A stretch of 64,000 nt of DNA from NCBI GenBank assembly GCA_030248215.1, contig JASANG010000753.1, positions 310,001 through 374,000 on the forward strand, given 5' to 3'. Position numbers and translations under genes: made by a program. Positions 25,213-37,400 of this stretch are shown piece by piece. This DNA is from Enoplolaimus lenunculus. Taxonomy: Eukaryota. Every line of letters begins with the position of its first letter. The stretch's first letter is position 1. The notes below the pieces were generated by a model. The model did not search any database, was not told where the DNA came from, and saw nothing but the letters and a program-made list of their open reading frames with translations.

Positions 25213-28200
25213 TTAGCTGTTCCTTCTAAGCATAGAAATTTCTCTGTCTACTTGTTTTTGTACAGGTCGACGCAGCAGAATAGCGCTATCGGATGAAGTA
25301 ATTGGCAAACTATTTTCTCGATGATATTCAACCAAATGAGGCACGTCCATAAACCGGCGATCTTTTGTTCGAACCTAAAAATATATACAGCGGTATGTTG
25401 TCTGGCTTATTTTATAGATCTCGATGGGCTAAGTTCAATGGTACCATTTTAGGGCTGCACGTTCTAAAATTGGAGTGGCATATGTTTTACAAATACACCT
25501 AGCATAAATACGAACTTCTCAAATCAACGCCTAAACTATGTAAAAGGCATTTCTAACAAGGGCAAAAGAAAAATTATGAGTCTTCCACTACATCATACTC
25601 ACGCTATGTCACAAATTTCATATGTCTATCGTTCACAACTTGTAGAGTCGCTCCTTGGCCAGAATTTTTCCTGGGTCCGTGGCCGGGACTGGTACCAACC
25701 AGGGCCAATGAATACTCTGCGCGAATTCATTTTGTTCCGGCAACACCCGACACCGTACGACGCTGCGCACGAATTGCCGCATGTCACTGAATAACAATAA
25801 ATTTGCAAACAAAACTTTTTGAGTGGCGGCAGGTCCCCCTACATTACTGAAGCTCCATTACATACTCTAGAGCACATGATCCAATTATAAAAGCATGCAA
25901 ACGTATCAAAATAAAGCATTAAACATTCAGCCAGAAATATGTCCAAATCAAATATCTTGAGCGTGTCGGCTTCATGCAACGATACTTATCTTAACCGTCG
26001 ACTTACCACCCCGTCATCATCTATAAGTAATAAATGGCGAATAACGTTATCTTGCATTCCAGTCAACACAAACTGATTTGCATTTTTTGAACTCATTCGT
26101 ACAATAAAATCGCCGTCACGTTCAATTAATGCTTCAGCCTAAATATTTGAAAAAACATAACATTAGTATTTTAGGCTAACTTTTATAGCTGTGCACAAGT
26201 CCTGTTACAAATATTCACATTTAGTTGTCTCAACATAATATGCTCTTTAAGTGCAGATGTTTCACTATTATGTCGTTACATACAAATAGAGTGTTATAAA
26301 GAGATGTCGTTAGGAAACATAGTAAGACTTTATAATTTTTTTGCTAATTACATTATCCTCTTTAAAATTTCTCTCTAATGACTAAAAACTTATCCAATGA
26401 GCTTAACTAAGTTTATTTTAATCCCGTTTAAGCCATGATATTGGAGTTATTTAAATAAATTAAGATCGTAGAAACAATCGGTCATTTAAAGGCGTAAGCA
26501 GTGGTTTAAGAGACAAGTATATCATATTGCTGCAGTAGGGCTTTCAACCCCACAGAAACAGACAATACGCGGATTTAGTCAAAATTGTAAGCGTAGTGGA
26601 AAGTTTTTGTTATTTTTATTTCTAATGGACAACTGCAGCATATTTTACATACAAAAACCTGTGCATGAATTTCCATTAATTTACATTAATTATAAGCGAT
26701 AAAATAGCAAAATTTCCGATCATAAACGAAACGCAATAACTAGATTACACCTTGCTACTAACTATGAACAAACCGTACCGCATCTCTGCTAATCATTCCA
26801 TGATACCATTGTTTTGAAGCTAACACATGCGCATTATGCCGACCAGCATCTGTCATGGAAACGATGCCCGAAGTTACATCACCTGGAGCGACAGCTTCGA
26901 TAACAGGGCTTGCTGAAACACTTTCAAAACAGCCACTGTTAACTCCTTTCCCAGATAGCAGTTTCACAATAGAGCACTACGGGTTCTCGTGCCTTGTGGA
27001 CATTTCTTACAATTCATACTCCTAATAATTGTGTATTATTTCGCACACACTTATATTCTACACGATAAAAAGGTTAATTTTATATGTGTTTGTAAGCTTT
27101 AACCAAATTTGAGAAATTTTTAATAAACAATTCTGGAAACATCAAGAAATCAAAAATCTGAAAACTAACTCACTCAATTTAACAGGATCATTTGGCTTTG
27201 CCGTGAAACCATCATTAACGTATTGTGCTGTTGTGTCTAAAATAAAAACAAAAACAATAGCTATAAGCTTCAACGGTTTCCTAGTATGTATATGATAACA
27301 AAACAGCAACAACAGCGTGAGTGTTTCAAATTTATTTCAAATTCAAAAAGTCAAAACAAAAAATTATCGTTCAACAATTTTCTAAATTTTCAATCCAACG
27401 CCACAAACTTTGATGTGTGCAATCAGTGTTGAGATCAATGAGCGCTGGCGGACTCAACGGCAAGTCGTTTGAAGTGAATGCTGAGTTTTCTGAAACTCGG
27501 AATTCGTTCGAATTCTGAAAAATATAAATAAACGTTAGTCTCCAATAACTTTCACTGACTCAAACAAAACATAATAAATATTTTCCAAAAAAAACTGTGC
27601 AAAACATCGCAGTTGCAAAACCCTTTTGAAAAACAATTACGTATTTAAATATACCAAGTGAACTTTTTTGAGTACAAATTACATTTTAGGAACTCATCTT
27701 TTATTTTACGAAGAAAGATGTTTTAATACGTATTTGGTGCTTGCGGTTCAAAACTTAGCACATTTTCCGAAATATTTTTGTGCCAGTTTTGAGATTCGCA
27801 ACTGCAGAAGCTCGTGAGTTTGGAAAACCTGTCATTAGCTGGTAATAGGTTCAGATATACATTTGAGAATACGGGTCGTTGAGTTCGCTTACCGAAACAG
27901 CAGTCACGCTACCCTCTACTCGACCAGTACATGCACTTGTATCATGTAGGCCAGGGGTTGCTTGTTGTTGGTCAAAATCGTTATAGTATTCTGTTATCGG
28001 AGAACATCGTGAATCAGGCAAATGAGTTCTAAAACGAAATTAATAAAATTTAAACATGCACTTGTATCATGTAGGCCAGGGGTTGCTTGTTGTTGGTCAA
28101 AATCGTTATAGGATTCTGTTATCGGAGAACATCGTGAATCAGGCAAATGAGTTCTAAAACGAAATTAATAAAATTTAAATAAAATAAAATTCATCAATTT

Positions 28201-31187
28201 TTCGGACCACATTCATTAATTTTTCCGACCAGAAATCGATTTTAAAAGCATTAAATCTAAGTAACGCGTAGTTCATCAAGTCCAGGCAAATTTTTGTAAC
28301 GCTAGCTCCCACACTTTCAAATACACACAAATCCATACATTTATATTGTCTTCCCAGCATCCAGACAACTTTTCAAATCCAAGTTACATATTTCATATCC
28401 ACACAAATACATGGTATATACGAATAAAAAACATATTTACACACAGTTTTTGGCAGGACAACGATAACCATTTTTCACGGCAATGGTCTACAAATTGCAC
28501 TCGAATACAAACGTTCTATAAACTCCTGTTACCTTGCTGGCACTACATGAAGCACACTAGAATGACTCTCATTGTCCATAGCAAACATTCCACTGTCAAC
28601 ACTTGCCGTGTGCCCGTTAACCGCAGCCGGAGGCCCATGCATTGTACTTGCACAACCAGGAGTCCCAACAACCCCGGCATCAATATTAACCGGTGCGCGG
28701 CGTAAAAACTCTTTGAATCGCAGCTCAAACGCTTGACCAATAGTTGCAATAACTTCAGCGCACTGACCATTCATACATTCCAGAACGTAACAACATCGTA
28801 TGCAGCGGTCATCTTTCGCAACATAACACACAAAATCATCTTGGTCGCCACCCGACGCAAATGATATGTTTGGCATTTGATGTGACGCAAGGACCTGTAC
28901 GAAGCCGAATTTTAACCATGTAGAACATATATTACCAGTTAGCAATATGTTTTGAAACAACAGATCCTTTGAAATTGCAGAACACTCTTGCAGAATACTC
29001 TTGCAAGTTATTAACCGCATTTTTGCAATTTGTAAGATTAGTGAAGCTCACAATCAGAGCGTAATACAGCTATCACAATTTAATTAACTTGGCATATTAA
29101 AATCTATTCAAAAGTCCAACTTAGTTAGGCAATATAAACTTAATTAAAATTACAACTTATGTAGAAGTCACACGTCAATAAAGACACGTGTTTGCGCCAA
29201 AATCTTTATTTCCGCTAGGCACAACCAATAGTAAAAAACATGATGTTCTAAAAATATACCTCGTTTGTTTCTTTCGTCCTGAGAGTAAAACCACGAGTGC
29301 TGATGATGAAACTAGCGTTTTCGCCCGCACGACGCAAATCCGGTTGATCCGCGATGTAGCGTAGAAGCTTCTTGTCCAACTAAACTCCACAGAGGTAAAA
29401 ATGTAAAATAATAGTCAATAAAATAAATTTCTTTAAAACTTATAATTTCAAACTCAAAACCGGAAAAATGTGGAAAATATAGGCGAACGAAAATGTTGCT
29501 GTGCTGGGTACATTTTTCAAAACAGAATGGAATCAAACTTGCGACTAAAGCTCACCGTACCATTAAAAACATCAAACACATATCGACAAATAGGTCCAAA
29601 GTAAAAAGATTTAACCCTTTGTTATTGCCGATACAGTTGCCAAAGCCACAAGCCTTATTTACTTTTTTTGCAAACTACAGATAACAATAACTCGCACCCA
29701 AAATTTAATCACACACTAAAATATCAACCTTAGTTTTTCGTCTGCTTCCTCCGGCAAGACCCGTTGCACTACACACACGAGTGATACATTCCCTGAAATA
29801 TTAGATACATATGCTTACATTGTATATATACACCTGAATATTTCCCTACAACCAAGGTGCAACCGGGATTACAATTTAGCGGAACCGTAATCGGTAAACG
29901 CCACCAAAACACTCATTTTAATTTTCTTTTTTGCAATATTATTGGTGAAATAACCCTAGTGGGAGATTGGTATTCACTTTACCTGTTGTATTTTTATTTT
30001 CATAATCCATGAAAGCAAAATCTGTCATCAATGGTTTATTTTCGGCGATTGTCAAGGTTTATATACTATAATAATGAAATCTATTCAATTTGTATCGTCA
30101 TTTTTAGTAAACATCTTGATTTCCGCCGACTAAAAGTTTAATACCGGAATTTTTAATTCCGATAAAAATTTACCAGATCGGGACCGTAAGGTGAAAAAAT
30201 GTGATAACAGGAACCGGAATTCCGGTTGTACCCTGTCTACAACAGAGAGTAACAGTATATCAACATACTGTAAACGGATAGCGCGATATACATAATCTTG
30301 AAACATCGAAATACAAACTCGCAACAAAAAGGCGCCATATTTTAGTTTTCAGTCTAAATTACAAGGTTCCAGGATCGCAGCCATGATTTACGCTCGGGAG
30401 AGTATAACCTCATGTAAAGAAAAATATATTGTCCTCTAGGTTCCAGAACGAAAAGCTTGTTAAAAGTTATATTCTTGTCTTTCTAAAATGTTTAAGGAAT
30501 ACATCTCTTCTATTGCTCACTTGTATATACCATAAAAGACTCTTTTACACGCATTAAAATGATGCGAAAACGTCCATATATATAAAGTAAATATATATAG
30601 CTGCTCTATTAGCAGAACATATCTCACTTTGCAAGAGATGACCGCATGTCAAATTCAAGCGTCTTCATAGAAGCGTTAATTATATTCGAACCGACGTACT
30701 GAAATATATACAACTTACACTCTGAATCTACTAGAACTTAAGTGGAATCAACGTGCTTAAACCATCAGCTTATACATATATATAAATCGTCGCGTTGCAA
30801 GTTAATGTCATGCGGGTTGTTTGGCTATCACGTTTTGTTTAAATAGCGGGTTGTTCCGAATACTATATCTACAGACAAACACTCGCAAAACGTTTTAAAA
30901 ATGTTCAACAGTTTCTTTAAAACGTTTAAACAAATACGACATGAACGTAAAGCTTTAGCTAAGACAAATGTCCATTTCATAGCCAGTGTATTTTAGACAC
31001 AAAGTATAACGAATATTTTTCAACTTGAAAATTTTGTATATGTTGAGAGCTGACTTACCCGCACAGGAAACGTAATACCATTATGGATCTCTTCGACTGT
31101 GTGTAACCAACCATTTGGTGGCTTGCTGGTTAATGTCCCATTTTGTGACCATTCAGATGAACAAGCCTGCATTGATTCGGTATTCAT
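25213..31187 (-). CDS. Shc: SHC-family adaptor protein (PTB-CH1-SH2), 11 coding exons
   Basis: Exons 31059-31187, 30628-30698, 29729-29792, 29260-29379, 28533-28894, 27893-28028, ~27400-27514 (donor uncertain), 27174-27236, 26779-26912, 26007-26138, 25213-25374. PTB: KPPNGWLH, HQMPNISFASGGD, YVAKD, VIATIGQAFELRFKEFL. CH1 Grb2-type motifs: EYYND and QYVND. SH2: WYHGMISR, DGDFIVRMS, QFVLTG, HLLLIDDDGVVRTKDRRF. Confidence 0.92.
27929..28178. repeat. 125-bp tandem duplication spanning the SHC exon-6 acceptor
   Basis: 27929-28053 and 28054-28178 differ at one base that I could see (ttatagtatt vs ttataggatt). Confidence 0.92.
29853..30235. mobile_element. hAT-like MITE in a SHC intron (related copies or fragments near 4760-4985, 21250-21585, 34758, 45520, 50093-50473)
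   Basis: caaggtgcaaccgg...ccggttgtaccctg, TSD cctacaac/tctacaac. Relatives carry subterminal ctccgg repeats. Confidence 0.75.
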
Positions 31188-34100
31188 TGCATTAACTTAA
31201 CTATAATGATATATCCTGATTACGTAAAACGGTAAACTGAACAGAAGGCATGTTTTCTTGTTTGCACACCGACTACACCTTTAGTACATAAATTACGAAA
31301 GTCGAGATCTTATAGTCTAAAGGATAATCAGTTATCCCGTATCGCAATCGCAGAAGCTCCCTTTTATATGCAGCGCCGCTGATCCCGAACCTAGAAGAAG
31401 AAGAATAGCCGCCTCGAGAGTAAGCAAATATAGTTATAACTCCTAATTAATATTTGTATTGAAAACGAAATATATATGTAACGGTATTGGGCTATAATAC
31501 AATATAAATAATTTAAAAGCCTGAATTTTATACGAGTAATTTCACGTGGTTCCCTCGTAGGGTATCGTCCAAGCGCGCGGCGACCGATCTAAAACGGAGA
31601 ACTTATAGGAGGGGTTCAATAATGACGGTAAAAATTCGCAAGTGAACCGGGCGAGATGCCACAGAAACGTTAATTACGCGATGGTTACTTTCACTTCTTC
31701 ACAAGCGGACGTTTTTGAAACCGCATAACGGATCGGTTTTTAAGGGACTCTAGGTGAGCGTGAACAAAGCCATACTGGCCACTAGGATTTGCCCTTTCAA
31801 TGTTCCTATTTAATTTCAGATGTCTTGCATAACCACTAGCTACATAATTAAACAGTTGACATTAAATACTGATTTAAATTTAAAGTTAACTACAGACAAA
31901 TATATTGCCAATAATCTAACAAGGTCACGGTGTGATGTATTGAAAGTGTAAAACGATGGATATATAAAGATTATCAGTGAACTACTACATAAAATTGGTA
32001 TCCGTTTTCGTCTACGTTATAGAAACACCGAAATACATCACGTGTATATCTCGCAATTTTTCGTTACGGAAGTTCCGCAATTGTTCGAAATAAATAAAAA
32101 AATTACGAAATTCATCCAAAATCTTACAAATTTCGGTGCAACCGGCATTTTTTTGAATTTTTAAAATCCCGGTGAATATCTATACGTCTCAATTGTGTTG
32201 GCAAAAAAGAAATAATTGCCTTTGAAACATTTAATACACTTCAATATTCGTTAGGCTTAGGCTTAAGAAATAGGCTTTAGTAAAACACAGATTAAATCTC
32301 AAATGACACTAAGGCTAAAATCATAGGCTTAGGCTTTGGAGCATGCTTACATCCCAAAATCCCAAAATCCCAACTTCGACCATACCTCAAATTTATTACG
32401 ATAAGATGGTGGGATTTTGGAACGGCAACCTGGTTTACATAGGAGATCAAGGTTATACTGCGATCGCCAATGTCAAAAAATGTCTTGCAAAGTATCTATA
32501 ATTTTACAACTAATTCTTGCATCAAGTAATTATTTTCACACTATTTACCTAGTATGTTGTTTTCTGCAGTCAATCCTTAGAACGTTCGAAAAATAGCAGG
32601 GTATTTTGACGTGTTTTTTAGCCCTAGGGTTATAGGCATCGACTTAGGCTACGGCTATAAGGCTTAGGCTCCAGCTTAGGTTTAGGCTTAGGCTTCAGCC
32701 ACGGGCTTAGGATTTATAGCTGACGCTTAATTAATAGGTTTTAGTAAAACATAGATTAAATCTTAAATTACCTACAGGCTAAAATCTTAGGCTTAAGCTT
32801 GGCTCAGGCTTAATGCGTTAGGCTTAGGCTTTAGAGCAGGCTTATATCCCGAAATCCCATCTTCGACCATACCTCAAATTATTGTGATAGGATGGTGAGA
32901 TTTTGAGGCGGCAGCGAGGTTGACATGGGCCATCAAAGTTTTACTGCGATCGCGAAATGTAAAACATGTCCATGTTATTATTGCAAAGTAGCTATAACTT
33001 TACAGCTATTCTTGCACCAAGTAATTATTTTCACACTATTTAGCTATTATGTTGTTTTCTACAGTCTGTTCGAAAAATGGCAGAGTATTTTGACGTGTTT
33101 TTTCTCGCGCCAAAATAGAATTTGCCGAAAGTGAACGGCGCATAAAATGAAATAAATCAAAGCGGTCAGTCTATTGCCTGTGCACGACGCTAAAAGCAAT
33201 TGTATTAATGGTAAAATATACTCTGTCTAAAACTCGACTCAAGCCATAGCAACATTTCGCCTCTCTCCATGGAAAACATTCAATCTCGCTTGTATGAAGA
33301 CATCTGAAATCTTTGTATGCAACTCGTGAAAACTTTTTAGCTTTTCCTTTTTGTATTCCGCTATAGCTACGGTGTTCATCAGACCACAAACAAACTCAGA
33401 ATTTGGCAGAAAGCATAGCAACCGCAGCGGCAAAGCCAGGATTATGTTTAAAAAAATAAGTAAATTCTAACCAATGATATATTCAGAACTAGTTAAACGA
33501 GCGAAAAATTGTATATCTTGGATTCGAGTCAGTGGCGGATCCAGAAATTTCTGAAAAGCGGGGATCATGAGTTAGTGGAAAGCATCGTCAGGGAAATGAG
33601 CGAAGAAGATCATACTAGTGCTGAACATCACGAAAAAATCTTGATTTTGGTTCTTGTTAGGGCATGCTGTAGTTACCCGAATAAGAGGGTGTGGGATAAT
33701 AAGAGGTTGTCCCCATTTTGAGTCCCAATCAATTGCAGTCCGTATCCCTAATAAGAGTCCGTAAGCGGAAGAGTCCCTAAATCCTAATTAGAGTCCATGA
33801 AGGTCCGTTATTCCTAACTGTAGTACATAAATGACTCCAGGACCAAATGATATTGTGTTCGGATCTTTAAGGCGTACTTAAATTTTGAAAGTACATTCCT
33901 AAAAGTATAACCTTGCATGATCGCTGAAGCTATTGACGCTAGACAAATAAACGTTTCATTTAACGGATGGTTGCAGTAACGGATATATATCAGTAACGAG
34001 GGTGGCGGAGCGTGGGTTAAAAACAAATAACACTAAGTAACCGAATAACAAGGGGGGTACCCTCTGGTGAGGCCAAATAGATATTAGTCCCCTCTTATTC

Positions 34101-34449
34101 GGGTCACTACAGTAGGCATGAGTCGCGCCCCCCTTGGAACAGACAGGGATTCCGTTGCCGAAAAAGTGCCTATTTTTCTTATGTCACGATGAATTTCGAG
34201 TAATGTATGCATCCGCTTAGCCATAATTCTTGCATGAAGTGAACCAGCTAAATGATATATGTATATATGGTTTTGTTTTTATGTCTATTTGTTTCAACAA
34301 GCATTTAGTTATTAACAGTAAAATAAATTTGTAAAAATCACCGGAAGAGGTGGTCACGGACAACCCCTGGCCCCTCTGCCTACGAACCTGATTGGATGCA
34401 TTTGAAAGATAGCTGTTTTTTGGTTGATTGCCATCTGGTAGCTATGTCA

Positions 34450-37400
34450 TTATAGTCTGCTATCAGGTTCGGTTTCAACTTCAATTCGTTGTTCATCATC
34501 GATATCATCGTTCAGTTTAACCATTTCAACCGCAGTTTGACTATTTGCCCTACCTCCGTTGACACCTTGAGTACCGCCGTCACTTTCAGCAGCGTCTGAG
34601 TTACTCCAAGCTCCGTGTTGCTGTGAGCCCCAAAACCGATCGTACACAGGGACTACACAACTTACACCTGCCGCTATTAAAATAAGGACACCTGCGTAAA
34701 TGAAAGACGCGTCATAGTTACCGGTAGAATCATATATTGCACCTGAAATATATAAAGCAGGATGCAACCGGAAGCGGAAAAAAACCGGAACCGGAGATCA
34801 ACAAATTTAACCGAAGGGCGGAATCGGAGTGTCGGCGGTGAAGCATAGGTAATAAAAAATTTTAGAATTTACAAATTTTAACAATAATCTGCAAAATCTT
34901 GTCAAACAGTAATTGTTTTCAAACTTTTGAAAAATCTCGACAATTAATACTTACCTGCAATTGGAGATCCAATCATCGCAGTGATGCCTCGGAACAATAT
35001 TATAAGACCGAACGCATTTGACAGTTTATCGAGACCGAAATATTTGACCAGAATTTCTGATGTCAACGATATATACGCAGCTGAAATAAGGCACAGGGCA
35101 CCTAAGTGAATTTCAATCCAAGAATTAATCTGGTTAAAAGTCCTGGCTCATGTAAACATTAGGGCGGAGGGATTCTCTGTGGGACTGCAACAGAGTAAGC
35201 TTAAGCTAAAGAATATTTTTTTGCTTAGGTGTAGGCTTAGGCGTAGGCTTAGACGTAGGCGTAGGCTTACGAATATGCTTATACTACTGTTACGGCCTTA
35301 TTCTATATATTGTCTCAAATCCTCAATAGAAAAGTTATATTTATGCTATAATAAAAGAAAAATATTTTTCAGGCTTCGTTTGTTTGCCAATCGAGCAGAG
35401 GCAAAATAGAATCAATTCTGGTTCATATGAGCGCCGTAGGTTAAACCCAGTAGCGTAAACAGATAATAAAAATAACCGTAACAGAAACGGAAATGAATAG
35501 TGATTAAAATAACGGAAACGGAAAACAGATACTGTAGTTTAAACTGCTTCAAAGACTAAATTTGTCCGTCAATACAATTGTGGTGGCACAAAATTATTCG
35601 CTGATCTATAGCCGGAACGCATATCAATTTTTAGGTTAAACGGAAACAAACATCCGGTTTATACACACTAATACTGTTCTCATGAATATTTTTGTATTTC
35701 AACCAAAATCTTATTTAAAGAAATACAGACGTACGAAGGTGCGGCAAAGTTTATCTACAATACAGTAGCGCGTTTCAAAAACTCGCCTCATAAGCCAATA
35801 TGCCTGGTCCATTTATAGAGCAGTTCCCAAAGAGCTGAACCTGAATCTAAGCCTAAGTCTAAGCCAAAGCCTAAAAGGTGACAATTGAACTGTTTTGTTT
35901 TTCTAAACCAGCCACAAATCGCATAAAATTAATATATTTAAATTAATAGAAACAAGAGTGGATGATCACTCTAACAAGAGTGTGCAACTACTGAAATTTG
36001 TGCGGTACAAAATGTACCACCGGATGTTGCATTTTTGGCCGACCCCCATCTTATTTAGAGGGGGCAGTTGATGTTTGAAATGTAGAATTCGCATGCTTTT
36101 AAAGGTACAAACGGAGTTAGTTTACAACTGCAGTATTTCAACGTGTAAAATTGAAAAAATTGTCAAACTTGACCCCTCCACTCCTTAAACAAAGAGGGAG
36201 TAGGCCAAAAACGCAACGCGTGCCGGGTACATTGTTTTCTACACAAAATGTGTCCAGTTGCACACTCTTGTTATAAACAGTGATCATCCACTCTTGATAG
36301 AAACTAACAAACAAAAAATCCAAATACAGCAGCATATGCAGCCAGCGTTCCGTACGATACCAGAAGTGGAACGAATAGCGTCGAAATGCCACAGATGACC
36401 AGACAACCGTTGTTTATACACAGCGCAGTGACCAGTTTTTGATCGGCAAGCCAGCCAAAAACTAAACGTCCAAGCGTATTTGTGATTCCTATAAAATAGA
36501 AGACTACTGACTGTAGTCAAAGGGGACAGGGGGCTCAGCCCATCCCCTTCTAAAAATTTTGACCTCCTAGAAAATTTTCAACCTTGCTTGTATAAGTCAA
36601 CAAAAACTTGGTATGCCCTTCCTGAAAATTATTTAGCTCCAGCAAAGTGAGCTGGCAAAGGGCCTGAGAACAAACCCGAGTTTATGTTCAAATGAACCAT
36701 TGACGGGACATTTAATTCGGGAAAAAGCTCAAAGATGTGATCGTGGAATTAATAAAATATGTTTAGATTTGTGGCAATGCCAGTTTGCTGTTTTGAATTT
36801 TTAACCAATAATATTGCAACAAAAATCGGCTTTATTATATATTCTCCAATCAGATTCAATTTGTTTCAGTTGAAATTCGTGCTGTTAAGAAGACAATCAC
36901 GAATTGTTGTTCGGAACCACGAACAACTTTATACTGGAAAACAAACTGAATCTGAACGGATGGATTGCAATCACCGTGGAATAAACAACTGCTTGAAGCG
37001 AAATATTAAACTCTCGACCAATGAGATTGCGCAACGAAAATCGGTTTTACTTTCACATCGTCCAATAAGATTAAGTTTGCTTTTTCAGTAGTGGTTCTGG
37101 TTGTCCTAATTAGTTGACGTTTAGGTCAACGCAACCGGATGCGAATGCAGAAATTTCTGACGATGGGGGCGCTCGTAAATGTTATGAAAATACATGACTA
37201 TTTTTATCTGACCAATGATTGAAATAAAAAATCGAGCTGATCAAGCGTCAACAGTAAACCAATTTTTATCCTAAGCATAAGCCTAAAGTCGCCAAGTCTT
37301 GACTTTAAACATGAAGGAAACTGTGTCGAAACAGCCAATTATTTTTGTTTACCAATGATCGAAATCAAAAATCCAGCTTGTCCAGCGTCGATCTGGTGTC

